From an uncultured virus (IMG/VR IMGVR_UViG_3300027708_002528) (Duplodnaviria > Heunggongvirae > Uroviricota > Caudoviricetes): a DNA stretch of 64,000 nt. Where the stretch lies: the IMG/VR virus record IMGVR_UViG_3300027708_002528. One strand, given 5' to 3'. The notes under the pieces are model-generated. The model did no database searches and had not been told where the DNA came from. It saw only the letters and a list, made by a program, of their open reading frames with translations. Below are positions 30,253-40,247 of the stretch, piece after piece. Position numbers and translations under genes: made by a program. Position 1 is the stretch's first letter, and every line of letters starts with the position of its first letter.

Positions 30253-33200
30253 TTATAATCCAGATCCTGATGGTAATGCCAACGTTCTAATATCAGTTAG
30301 GAATGGAACGTTCGTATTATCGTTTGTTGCGAGAACAACCTTTATGGCAAACTGAATAAAATTAGTATAGGTTTGTCCATTAGTACTGGTATAGCTTACA
30401 TAATTATTTGCTATGTTATTAATTCCAGGTGCGGCTTGGAATTCAATAAGATTGTCTCTACTGGTGGAATATACTGTCGAATTTAAACCAACGGTAGTCA
30501 TTAATTGCCAATAGCCAGAATCAAAAGTTTGCGTATCTGCGGAGTTTAGTATTTTGTAATATACGTATATATTAGTTCCAACTGGACGATATGCAGTATA
30601 GTACACTCTAAGGTCGCCAGAGTCTAATCCAGGAGTCAACACCACCTTTTTAGTTACATATCTAGCAAGAGCATTTCCTCCAGAAACGGAAGTTTCTCCG
30701 ATAAGATTAGCTGCTGCTCCAGTACCTGCTCCAGATATCGTAATCGTCGGGGTCTGAGCGTAGTTAGATCCCGCCGCCGTGATATAGATTCTATCGATAG
30801 TTCCTGTGCTAGTTACGTTTGCTACAGCCGTTGCTCCCGACCCGGAATCATTCGATGCTGCTGTAATGGTGACCGTCGTATTGCTTGCATAATATCCAGA
30901 TCCACTATTTGCTATTGCGACCACACTGTTGCTGAGTCCCAAGTTATTAATATTCCATTGAATATTGTATAAGGTGAGACCATCATCGGATATAACTGGA
31001 GATACTTTATCTGATGTGGACAATGGATAAGTTGTTAGAGTGAACGAACTGTTTGAATTCGCATCCAGTACTCTTTCTCCTTGACCATCATTTAAGTAAA
31101 TATCATTATATGAAGGCGATCCAAATTTTCCAGGATCGACATATATTTCACCTGTTTTGTTTGAATTGCTTGCATAAGTGGCATTATATGTGTATGAAAC
31201 TGAAGTTCCTGTAGGCACATATTGTGTCGTAGTGATGTTGTATGCGTCGGATGCTACGTTAACGCCAGCACACATCGCTTGCAGAGATGCCCCTGAATTT
31301 TGAGGATTTAGATAATATCTAAAATCACTGCCCACTAATTTCCTATATGGCAATTGTTTAGGAATGACAAATGGAATATTAGGTGTCGCTGAAGTGTTAA
31401 AGACGCATCGATCAGCGACAAACATCAGAGACTTAGTTTGATCTGCTGTCCAAGTTATGCCGTTTTGCGATTCAAACACTGAACCAACATATGGATTCGA
31501 ACCAAGCTTCACGATACCCGTTGATGATATTGCATCAGTCGGCAACGCCCTGGATGTCGAAGGCAATGCAGTTCCATTTTGCTCAGCCAGATATACGACA
31601 TATTCCATTGAAGGAGATTTCAATAGGAAAGCATACAGCACATTTGGTTGAATATAAATCGGAGCATCGAAAGTGAATGTCGTCGCCGTAGTTTGATCCA
31701 AATAGTGAGGAGCTGAACTAACATTGACTTTATCTGCGGTCAATGTAACAATGGAATAATCCAGTGTATCGCCGTTAGGATAACCATTCAATGTGTTTAC
31801 TATCGATAACGTAATGGGATCGTTAGTTGATTGTGGTTTATCTTGAAAGAAAAATTTAACAGAACTTAAAAATAATCCATTTGGATAATTATCTTTAGAT
31901 ACAATGAAAGTCTGAGCCAAAGGATCCCATGGAGAATATGATGTGATGGTTGTTACATCGACCCCAATAGTTTGGTTTGAAAGATAATTTGTGTTTGTGA
32001 AAGTATTTTTAGCTCCCGCAATCGATGGTCCAAAATCCAATGCTTGCGATTTAACTGCTAGTCCAGATGCAGTAAATGTGGCTTGTGCATATGTTGTCGC
32101 GCTATTTGGAGCAGTAGGAACCGTTCTATTATCAACTCTAAAAACTCTATCTCCAGTTCTGAAAGTTCCTCCGGGAATATTAAATATTGCGGTGAAGTTT
32201 CCGGATTCGTCTGTTGAAAGTTTAGACAGACCTCCATTAGAGAGTGCAAACTTATAGCTGGATTGTGTTCCATTAATCGTATATGATGATGTAGTATCAT
32301 CTCCACCTAGGTATGCATTGCCACCAACCGATAAGTTAACCGGAGTATCTAAAAACACAGTCGTATTGGATGCAATATAATTCGTTACGGTGGCAGTTGA
32401 TGTTGAAGGTGTTATTGTTGGATTGCCATACACATCGGTTGTAATATATACCGATTTGAATGTAATCGAAGATCCTGTATAGAATCCATTTGTCGTGTTT
32501 GCAATACCATTCAATGATAGCTGAGTTGCACCGACATAATATAGACCTCCACCAGGCATTTCAATTTGCGTACCTCCATTTAGAGGCGTTGTTGGAGAAT
32601 GTAATGAGTCTGATGCAATATAAATGGGGCCTGCTGTAACCGTATCCGTCTGCCATGAACTACCCGAAAGAGCGAACGCGATATAAGCATCTCCATCATC
32701 TTGCGAGCTTGTAATATTAAATGTTAGGGTATGCTGTCCAGCTGACAGTGTGACAGGATAATCATAATTAACACCTGATGTACCAGCGGTTGTCCATATT
32801 GAAGTTCCATCTATGGCGATATATCCCGACTTGGCATCGTCGGTATTAATTCTCATGTAGTATGTTCCAGCAGTAGGAACAGTGAAATAGAAAGTACCTA
32901 CTCCGAAGCTTGTTCCTGTCGCTGTCGGCGTTGACCAAATTCCATATTTGTCAGCAAACGCTCCATGATTAACCGACACTCTATATGCTTTGAGTGAAGT
33001 TCCTCCTAATACGTCAGTAAATGTTCCTCCTACTGCACCGATATATCCAGATTTATGTACGTTGACAATTTTCGATGCAGTTAACGTTCCAGAAGCACTG
33101 CCCGCATTATACTTTGATCCATCAAATGTTGCGTTACTAATTGTCGAAAAACTAACATCATATGCGTATGAGCTATGGAAATTTCCAGTAATATATAACC

Positions 33201-36200
33201 GAACATTTGTTGTTCCTGGATATGCATAAACCGAAACTATTGTTGCGACAGGATAGAAAGTTCCTCCTTGAGAATAACCAATGACATCATTCTCATAAAA
33301 AGTTCCTGTGACACCAGTCAATTCAACGATATCAGGACTAGTAATATATCGATCTACATTAACACCATCGAACCATGCCGATAGTGGTGCATTTACTTTC
33401 AATCCTTTTGCTTTAAATAATAATTGTTGACTTCTAATGTATGGCTGAATACTAATATCGGTAATATAGCCGTTATTCAAACTATAAGTATTTCCAATTT
33501 GCGAGTAAGCACCTAGAATATTATTCTGAGCTAATGTACCAAATGTGGTAGTTGTTGATGTTGCAGTTGTCTGTGTGTACCCAATATTGGTACCAAAAGG
33601 ACCATTAAATCTACCATGATTCAATACATTGAATGATGAAGTTAATGCGGATACTGAAGTACTTGTAGTTCCGGGGACAACTTTCCAATCACCTTGCGAT
33701 AGTAAGTTGACTGTATTACTTTGCTGGAATACTTGTAGTCCTGGGTTAGTAATTACAATATCAGGAGCCTTTGTGGTATCTACCCAGTTGTCCATAGGAG
33801 GATTGAGATCCATTGATCCTTGGAATATAGGTGTGGCAAAAGGATTGACTGAAATCGTATTTGATGCGTAATTTTGATTGATTACATTTGCAGTCGTATA
33901 CGGCAACGTAAAGATATTTGTTGATTTATTTACCGTGTGAATTTTATACGAACTAGGGGGTGAAGCTAGACTTCCAAGAGAATTAACTAATGCCTGCGAT
34001 TGTAACGGGAAATTGCTTACTTTTTGTGCGGCAGTTAGTTGACGAGTTCTTTTATTGATGCTGCTGTTGAAGTCAATGTTATACGTATCTGCTACCGAAA
34101 AGCTTGAAAAATCATCTACTAGAATACCATTTTTAAATCGATTCAGACCGTTAACGTCTGGAACTTGCAACGATGATGCCTGCTGTTCTAGTACATTTAA
34201 CGCCGAATAGTACTCTATGTTGTTTATGCGAGTCTGTAGATCCGCAATATCTTGCATCGAGAATCTTTTGTGCTGAACTCTTTCCATAGAAAGATTTGGA
34301 ATATTCTTGAACGAAGCTTCTCCAGGAACAAATGCTGTATATGGATCTAGTGTCAAGTTTGCTAATAACAACGATCCATCAGGCTGTGGAGGAAATATAG
34401 GATATGCCGATGGCGATCCTTTAACCAAAACGAAACTTTTATCTTTAGTTAGAACTAATTTATCTTTTCTTCCTAGATAATAATTATAGCTGGTTGTAAT
34501 TTGACGTAAATTAGATGGTATCAAAATACCTTTGTTAGTCGATGCGCTATTTGCAAATCGAAATACGAAGGTTGTCGTTCCTGCAACTCGGCATGGTCTA
34601 AAATCAAGACAATCACCCAACGAATAATTTATACCATCTCTTGCGGTATATGCAGGTATATTCGAATATTTTTCTGAATATCTAGGATCGGGAAGAGTTG
34701 TATATGATTGAGTCGAGAAATATCCATCACCTCCCGATTGGGCATAATAATCAAAGACTACTAAAAGATTACCTTTGGGTACTGGAGCATTAGGTTTTAA
34801 TTTGATTGATCCGAAATCATAGAAATTGTCTCTTTGACCATTATCAAAACTAAAATTGTTAGTAACATCATAACTCGATGCCAATAGCAAGGTTGTATTT
34901 GCGTCGGTTCCTGATGCACCAGTGTCTATAATTTTCGTTACTTGTTTTACATCAGGGAAGTATAACGAAAGGCTCTGTCCCGTGGATAATGCAGAATACA
35001 TGACAGAATATGGAATGTATACCTGTGCTGCTTGACCTGCTGTATTTGCAAATTTAACACTGGTCGCTCCAGTGACTGCTGTACCTAATGTGCTGTTTGC
35101 AAGAACTGCTGTGGTATTTCCTGCATATAGATTTTTAATTTTTAGGACTTTGCTTGAATTGTTTCCTCCGGAAGCGGTGACGTTAACTTTTGCGTATACG
35201 TTAACCACCAAACCAGCAGGAATACCTGAAGCCCCTGTATATGTAAACGTAACAGTTTGTTGATCCGATGCCACAGCAACCGTGGCTGGGGATGTTGAAA
35301 AATCAATAATATTTCCAGAAGTCACTGCTCCAGTCGTGCTTGCCGCCACAACCGTATATTTCGATCTTATTACATCGGAAGTAAGTGTAGTTCCTGCATT
35401 TCCGACAAAAGTGTATAAATTACTATCTCCAGAATCAAAACTCAATGTGAATGAGTTTGATGAAACCGTCAAGCCTTTGAATAATTTTGTTGTTTCATAT
35501 GTTGTATTTGCGGTATTCGCAACATAAGAATATCCAACGGGATAAATCAACTCCACGTTTCCGGGAGCTTGTATTATAGTATTTCCGGATGCGTAACCTG
35601 TATCTTTACTCGACGCGTCGATATTAGCATATGCTGTTAAGGAATATCCACTATTTGTGTTTACTATTTCCTCAATATCATCAACTTTAAATCTCAGTGA
35701 GAAATTTGAAGTGGTATCTGGCTGAACTGAGAATGGAGGATTAACAACAGCGGTTTTTGTTGTTCCGTTATAGTTAACGATGGTTCTGGTATCTCCAGCA
35801 GATGTTCCCGAATCGATTGTAATGATTACGTTATAATATGCATTTGCTGTGGATGAGAATTTTCCAGTGGTGTCGTAGAACGTAATCGTTGATGTATTTG
35901 CAGCCGATGATACGTTTGCTGTTAATACCTTGGCTTGAATATCGGTGACATATGCACGATACACATAAGATGATGTATTGGATGATGTTCCATAGTGATC
36001 GAAATCCAGTCCTCGCATATAGCCTGTAGCTACTAGCGTCGAATTATATGTTGTCGTATTTGTGCTAACAATATTCGTATTTGATACCGAATGAAAGTCT
36101 ACGGTATTTGCGGCTGTGGTATCGAATGTTCCTTTTACAGTATTTACGAAAAAATAGCTACCGTAATCAGCCAAGACTCCTGCATTTGTGATATTGGTTG

Positions 36201-37260
36201 TTGTTCTTGCTCTAGAAACAGTGATTAATGTATCGGATTGACTTTCTAGTCTATATCCTTTAACATACGCAATTCCTTTACTGATTCGAAGATCGAACGA
36301 TGATGAATCAACAGTATTTGCGCTGGCAGTTACATTGAAATCTTTTACTGTAAAATCGCCGTTGGTATCATAAGTTCTTTTTGCGAAATAATCATCAATG
36401 ACCGAATATACAGTACTGTCAACCTGTTTTGTTACTTGACCATTAACTAGCCTTAATAGCTCAATAAAATTTGAATCATTACCTATAGTTAGAGGCAACG
36501 ATGATAACACTAAGTCTAGTTTATATCTGTCGGCTCCAGGAGCTTGATAATTAGTGGAGCTAATAGCAGGATCTAGCAAAGTTGAATCTATAGATGTATC
36601 TACAATGCTTTCGGTAATTACAAGACCTACTCTGGCTGATGGAGTATTACTATACTTGGAAAGTATTACTGTTTGTGGATTGCATGCAACAAAAAAACCA
36701 TTGACATAAAAAACACCTTTTGATACAGACGCGACTGAACTGTATCCAGTCGCCGTATCTCCCACGGCCGGTGTCAATACCGTTGATGTGATATTAGTTC
36801 CGTCAATAGTTTTGATTGTATCGCCAGCTGAAAATTGCGAGCCTGAAAGATAGTTAATGACCAAAGTAGGATAATCTGCTGCTGATCCTGTCGATGTTGT
36901 CGTTCCTTCAGCGACTTGAATAACTTGAGCGACTACGGTACCTGATACATTTTGAATTATTTTACCTGATCCATCGGAATTCATGAATCTAGATGCTACG
37001 GTAGAAGATCCTAATACATCAACCCTAACTAATTTGATGTAATAGCAATTTGAATTGGTTGTGACTTTTCCTCCAGAAATTGGAGTGTTCTGAGAAAAAA
37101 TTGCATCCGCAAAATTAGTGATCTGATTCTGCTGAATAGTTTGAGATTGCGTTAACTCTCTAGCTTGAACGGCATATCCAGGTTTAAACAGAATTCGATG
37201 ATAATTTTTTTTCTCATCGAAATCATCATAATACGGATCTGCATTAAAATTCAGTGTCAT
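30253..37260 (-). CDS. Very large baseplate/fibre-associated structural protein (VrlC / DUF4815-like)
   Basis: NADPYYDDFD..KNYHRILFKPGYAVQARELTQSQ, APGADRY, NRFKNGILVDDF, WDPLAQTF. Confidence 0.85.
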   Translation of the reverse strand: MTLNFNADPYYDDFDEKKNYHRILFKPGYAVQARELTQSQTIQQNQITNFADAIFSQNTPISGGKVTTNSNCYYIKLVRVDVLGSSTVASRFMNSDGSGKIIQNVSGTVVAQVIQVAEGTTTSTGSAADYPTLVINYLSGSQFSAGDTIKTIDGTNITSTVLTPAVGDTATGYSSVASVSKGVFYVNGFFVACNPQTVILSKYSNTPSARVGLVITESIVDTSIDSTLLDPAISSTNYQAPGADRYKLDLVLSSLPLTIGNDSNFIELLRLVNGQVTKQVDSTVYSVIDDYFAKRTYDTNGDFTVKDFNVTASANTVDSSSFDLRISKGIAYVKGYRLESQSDTLITVSRARTTTNITNAGVLADYGSYFFVNTVKGTFDTTAANTVDFHSVSNTNIVSTNTTTYNSTLVATGYMRGLDFDHYGTSSNTSSYVYRAYVTDIQAKVLTANVSSAANTSTITFYDTTGKFSSTANAYYNVIITIDSGTSAGDTRTIVNYNGTTKTAVVNPPFSVQPDTTSNFSLRFKVDDIEEIVNTNSGYSLTAYANIDASSKDTGYASGNTIIQAPGNVELIYPVGYSYVANTANTTYETTKLFKGLTVSSNSFTLSFDSGDSNLYTFVGNAGTTLTSDVIRSKYTVVAASTTGAVTSGNIIDFSTSPATVAVASDQQTVTFTYTGASGIPAGLVVNVYAKVNVTASGGNNSSKVLKIKNLYAGNTTAVLANSTLGTAVTGATSVKFANTAGQAAQVYIPYSVMYSALSTGQSLSLYFPDVKQVTKIIDTGASGTDANTTLLLASSYDVTNNFSFDNGQRDNFYDFGSIKLKPNAPVPKGNLLVVFDYYAQSGGDGYFSTQSYTTLPDPRYSEKYSNIPAYTARDGINYSLGDCLDFRPCRVAGTTTFVFRFANSASTNKGILIPSNLRQITTSYNYYLGRKDKLVLTKDKSFVLVKGSPSAYPIFPPQPDGSLLLANLTLDPYTAFVPGEASFKNIPNLSMERVQHKRFSMQDIADLQTRINNIEYYSALNVLEQQASSLQVPDVNGLNRFKNGILVDDFSSFSVADTYNIDFNSSINKRTRQLTAAQKVSNFPLQSQALVNSLGSLASPPSSYKIHTVNKSTNIFTLPYTTANVINQNYASNTISVNPFATPIFQGSMDLNPPMDNWVDTTKAPDIVITNPGLQVFQQSNTVNLLSQGDWKVVPGTTSTSVSALTSSFNVLNHGRFNGPFGTNIGYTQTTATSTTTTFGTLAQNNILGAYSQIGNTYSLNNGYITDISIQPYIRSQQLLFKAKGLKVNAPLSAWFDGVNVDRYITSPDIVELTGVTGTFYENDVIGYSQGGTFYPVATIVSVYAYPGTTNVRLYITGNFHSSYAYDVSFSTISNATFDGSKYNAGSASGTLTASKIVNVHKSGYIGAVGGTFTDVLGGTSLKAYRVSVNHGAFADKYGIWSTPTATGTSFGVGTFYFTVPTAGTYYMRINTDDAKSGYIAIDGTSIWTTAGTSGVNYDYPVTLSAGQHTLTFNITSSQDDGDAYIAFALSGSSWQTDTVTAGPIYIASDSLHSPTTPLNGGTQIEMPGGGLYYVGATQLSLNGIANTTNGFYTGSSITFKSVYITTDVYGNPTITPSTSTATVTNYIASNTTVFLDTPVNLSVGGNAYLGGDDTTSSYTINGTQSSYKFALSNGGLSKLSTDESGNFTAIFNIPGGTFRTGDRVFRVDNRTVPTAPNSATTYAQATFTASGLAVKSQALDFGPSIAGAKNTFTNTNYLSNQTIGVDVTTITSYSPWDPLAQTFIVSKDNYPNGLFLSSVKFFFQDKPQSTNDPITLSIVNTLNGYPNGDTLDYSIVTLTADKVNVSSAPHYLDQTTATTFTFDAPIYIQPNVLYAFLLKSPSMEYVVYLAEQNGTALPSTSRALPTDAISSTGIVKLGSNPYVGSVFESQNGITWTADQTKSLMFVADRCVFNTSATPNIPFVIPKQLPYRKLVGSDFRYYLNPQNSGASLQAMCAGVNVASDAYNITTTQYVPTGTSVSYTYNATYASNSNKTGEIYVDPGKFGSPSYNDIYLNDGQGERVLDANSNSSFTLTTYPLSTSDKVSPVISDDGLTLYNIQWNINNLGLSNSVVAIANSGSGYYASNTTVTITAASNDSGSGATAVANVTSTGTIDRIYITAAGSNYAQTPTITISGAGTGAAANLIGETSVSGGNALARYVTKKVVLTPGLDSGDLRVYYTAYRPVGTNIYVYYKILNSADTQTFDSGYWQLMTTVGLNSTVYSTSRDNLIEFQAAPGINNIANNYVSYTSTNGQTYTNFIQFAIKVVLATNDNTNVPFLTDIRTLALPSGSGL

Positions 37261-37269
37261 TTTTTTCCC

Positions 37270-38664
37270 TTAGAATCTTAGAACCAGTCTAAATTGTTCA
37301 ATTCCATCATAACTTCTCTGTACGCCTGATCTATTTTCTATGTATAACATATATCCAGAATTCAAGATTATATCAGTAGGAAATACTTGTAGCAGTGTTC
37401 TTGTTACTGCTTGTATAGGTCCGTTCCCGTCTTGTATGATTGGATAGTTTATGGATGGAGTACCTTGTGTATTTATCACCTTAACCACATTGTTTGCGCT
37501 ATCAAATGATGCAATTGTTCCTGAGAATGAATTATTAACTGCATTGGACCCCTGATATATGAATTGACCGGAAACGAAATTATTAATTCCGGTGGACACT
37601 AGTAGGTGTGTAGTAGCATCATATATTGCACCATTGGCGGAATAAGGATTGGTACTATATGCTGTAGGATTTAATATTAATCCTATTTGCCTGAATGACA
37701 AGTCTGTTGGAACAAATCCATTTTCATCTTTATTATATTCGGATGTGATCATTACGTGATTACATCCTAGTTCGGAGATTGGATCTAATCCATGTCCTCC
37801 TACTGGAGATACTGGAGCAGACGCTACCGCCAATGTAGTCGGTGTTGGAGCAGCCGATGACACAGTAAACACCACATTAGCATAGGTATAATTGCTTCCC
37901 GCATTTGTAACTATAACGTCAGTTAAATATCCAGCATTATTAACCGTTGGTGTTGCTGTTGCACCCGTTCCGTCGCCTGTAATTGTTACGGTAACCCCTC
38001 CTGCAACATATCCAATACCTGTATTAGATACGTTGACAACATCGACCGATCCTACGCCAATCGAAGGCTTTGAAATTGGATTGGGCATAGTAGAACTAAC
38101 CGCAACCGGCATCCAATTTGAATCCGTAAATTTCTGTTTAACGCCAACATCGATTGTATACATGTACTTCCATTTATACCCATCAGCGCCATATATTATA
38201 AAATTACTACTATATGACCCAGGTAGAAATTGAGGCTCAACGGTTGAAAGACCACCTTGCGCATTTCCTAGGCATTTGAATACTTGATCAAACTTGTTCT
38301 TCGCATAAAACTTTTTGGTTAAAATTCCGTTAGAATCTAATTCTAAGATATCTGTCTCATCGTCATAATAGTCATAAACAGTATTTGCTGTCCAATCGAC
38401 TTTAGGAACCACAGGAGATATATCACTACTTTGAATTTTTTTAAATACAATAATATTTTTAAAGTAGGTTTTAATTGATTTTTGATCTTGCGTCGGCGTT
38501 GGAGGATTCTGCTCATCATCCCAAGGAATTACGTTTCCTATGAAACCATATAGATTATCTCTAAAGGTTGATCCTCCAGTTACTGGTGCATAGTAATATT
38601 GAAGAACTTCATATACTCGACTGCCGTATAATAGTTGTGCGGAATTGGATGATAGAGTTGCCAT
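37270..38664 (-). CDS. 8: Baseplate wedge protein gp8
   Basis: DW...VYDYY, VFKCLGN, DGYKWKYMYTI, GGHGLDPISELG, FRQIGLILNP, SGYMLYIENR. Confidence 0.88.
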   Translation of the reverse strand: MATLSSNSAQLLYGSRVYEVLQYYYAPVTGGSTFRDNLYGFIGNVIPWDDEQNPPTPTQDQKSIKTYFKNIIVFKKIQSSDISPVVPKVDWTANTVYDYYDDETDILELDSNGILTKKFYAKNKFDQVFKCLGNAQGGLSTVEPQFLPGSYSSNFIIYGADGYKWKYMYTIDVGVKQKFTDSNWMPVAVSSTMPNPISKPSIGVGSVDVVNVSNTGIGYVAGGVTVTITGDGTGATATPTVNNAGYLTDVIVTNAGSNYTYANVVFTVSSAAPTPTTLAVASAPVSPVGGHGLDPISELGCNHVMITSEYNKDENGFVPTDLSFRQIGLILNPTAYSTNPYSANGAIYDATTHLLVSTGINNFVSGQFIYQGSNAVNNSFSGTIASFDSANNVVKVINTQGTPSINYPIIQDGNGPIQAVTRTLLQVFPTDIILNSGYMLYIENRSGVQRSYDGIEQFRLVLRF

Positions 38665-38666
38665 TA

Positions 38667-40244
38667 TTAAACGCCGGAAGAAGTTATTGCCACTAGTGTA
38701 TTAGCCAAGGTCCCGTCTAGACACATATAAACAATACGCGCCGTTTGAGTTCCAGTTAAACTAAATGTAGTTCCACCATTAGTTGAATTAGTTCCATTTG
38801 TAATGCCGTGGGTAATTGTTCTTGCCGGTGCGCCGGTGTTTGTTATCCAAACTTCGACTTGTCTGCCTGCAACAAAATTTTGAGGAGTAATTGCCATGTT
38901 TGCTACTAGGTTCGCTCTTACGATTGTATCGGTAGTAAAGTTAACACTAATAGCAGTTTGAGATCCTGGATAAGTTCTTACTGTATTAATGACGCCGTTG
39001 GCTGGAGTAATTGTGTTTGCAAAATTTACCGTATTAGAGTTAATAACTACCACGTTTGCTGTAATGTTATTAGATCCAACTGGCGTGACCGAAAACATTA
39101 TATAAGCTCCGCTATTCGCATCGCTGAAATTTTCTGCCGCAACTATCTCCATTCTAGCGACACCTAAAGGAGAGAATCCGGTAGTTCTATAGCCATTACC
39201 GGAAAACCTCATGATAGTATCGCCGGATTGAGTAGGCGCAGGTGCAGATGAATTTCCTCTAGATACCCTTCCTGCAATCAAACTATACGCATTTCCGGTT
39301 GTACTAGCCGCATCGATAAGAACTCTTGTAGGTTTATTATCTTTACCTACAATCTGCAACATGGTATTTTCTTGTGTCGGAGGTAGTGAAGTATAATTTG
39401 TTGATCCATTTAATTGAACTGCTGGAACATTCGCTAAAAAGGTATTGTTGTTTAGAGTAAATGATCCTACTACCGCAATATTAGCCTTCATGTTCAATAA
39501 TACACCGGTGCTAGTAATTGTATTTGTGGTAATACTGTTTGCCGTATAGGTATTACTACTTGATGTATTAGATGTTACTGTATTTGTGATAATACTATTT
39601 GCCGTATAGGTATTACTAGTGGACGTATTAGATGTTACTGTATTTGTGGTAATTGAGTTTAAGAAAGTACTTTGATTGGATGAATTTGCAACTAAATTTC
39701 CTTTTGAAATAATTAGTCCATATCCATCCTTAAATCTAGCCACTTCATTATTTGATTGCAACCCGCCAGTGAAGAATATTAAATCATCTCCAGATTGACC
39801 CGTACCTATGGTAAAGTTTCCTCCAGGTTGACCAGGTTGACCGTTATGAAAAATATAACCATCATTATTCCCAGCAATGGAGAAATTAGGATCAACAGCC
39901 ATTTGAGGACCTTGAACTCCTATGTCCAGATAATTATTAGCGTTATCTCCATTGGATGCTGTAATAACTACGTCAGTCGACCCATTGGCGTATTGATTTT
40001 GAAAGTTAACTTGTGAATATACTGGATAGTAACTTATGAATTGAGCTACCGTATTAGGTAGAATTCCTGCTGCTGTTGTACCTACGTTTAAAATATTATT
40101 AGCATACAGTCCATGAGCTAAAACGTCAGCGGTAAACTGTCCCGTTGTTGCTGTTCCTAAATCAACGGCAACAAAAGAAGTATTTGCTGGATTGATATTT
40201 AAGCTACTGAAAACGGGTAATTGAGAGATTTTTACTGTAGACAT
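38667..40244 (-). CDS. Fibre-like virion protein
   Basis: Starts MSTVKISQLP; shares a ~110-aa module with the 1567-aa fibre. Confidence 0.7.
   Translation of the reverse strand: MSTVKISQLPVFSSLNINPANTSFVAVDLGTATTGQFTADVLAHGLYANNILNVGTTAAGILPNTVAQFISYYPVYSQVNFQNQYANGSTDVVITASNGDNANNYLDIGVQGPQMAVDPNFSIAGNNDGYIFHNGQPGQPGGNFTIGTGQSGDDLIFFTGGLQSNNEVARFKDGYGLIISKGNLVANSSNQSTFLNSITTNTVTSNTSTSNTYTANSIITNTVTSNTSSSNTYTANSITTNTITSTGVLLNMKANIAVVGSFTLNNNTFLANVPAVQLNGSTNYTSLPPTQENTMLQIVGKDNKPTRVLIDAASTTGNAYSLIAGRVSRGNSSAPAPTQSGDTIMRFSGNGYRTTGFSPLGVARMEIVAAENFSDANSGAYIMFSVTPVGSNNITANVVVINSNTVNFANTITPANGVINTVRTYPGSQTAISVNFTTDTIVRANLVANMAITPQNFVAGRQVEVWITNTGAPARTITHGITNGTNSTNGGTTFSLTGTQTARIVYMCLDGTLANTLVAITSSGV
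39521..39653. repeat. 60-bp tandem duplication (about 2.2 copies) inside the CDS
   Basis: 39521-39580 and 39581-39640 are near-identical and encode ITTNTVTSNTSxSNTYTANS. Confidence 0.85.
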
Positions 40245-40247
40245 TTT

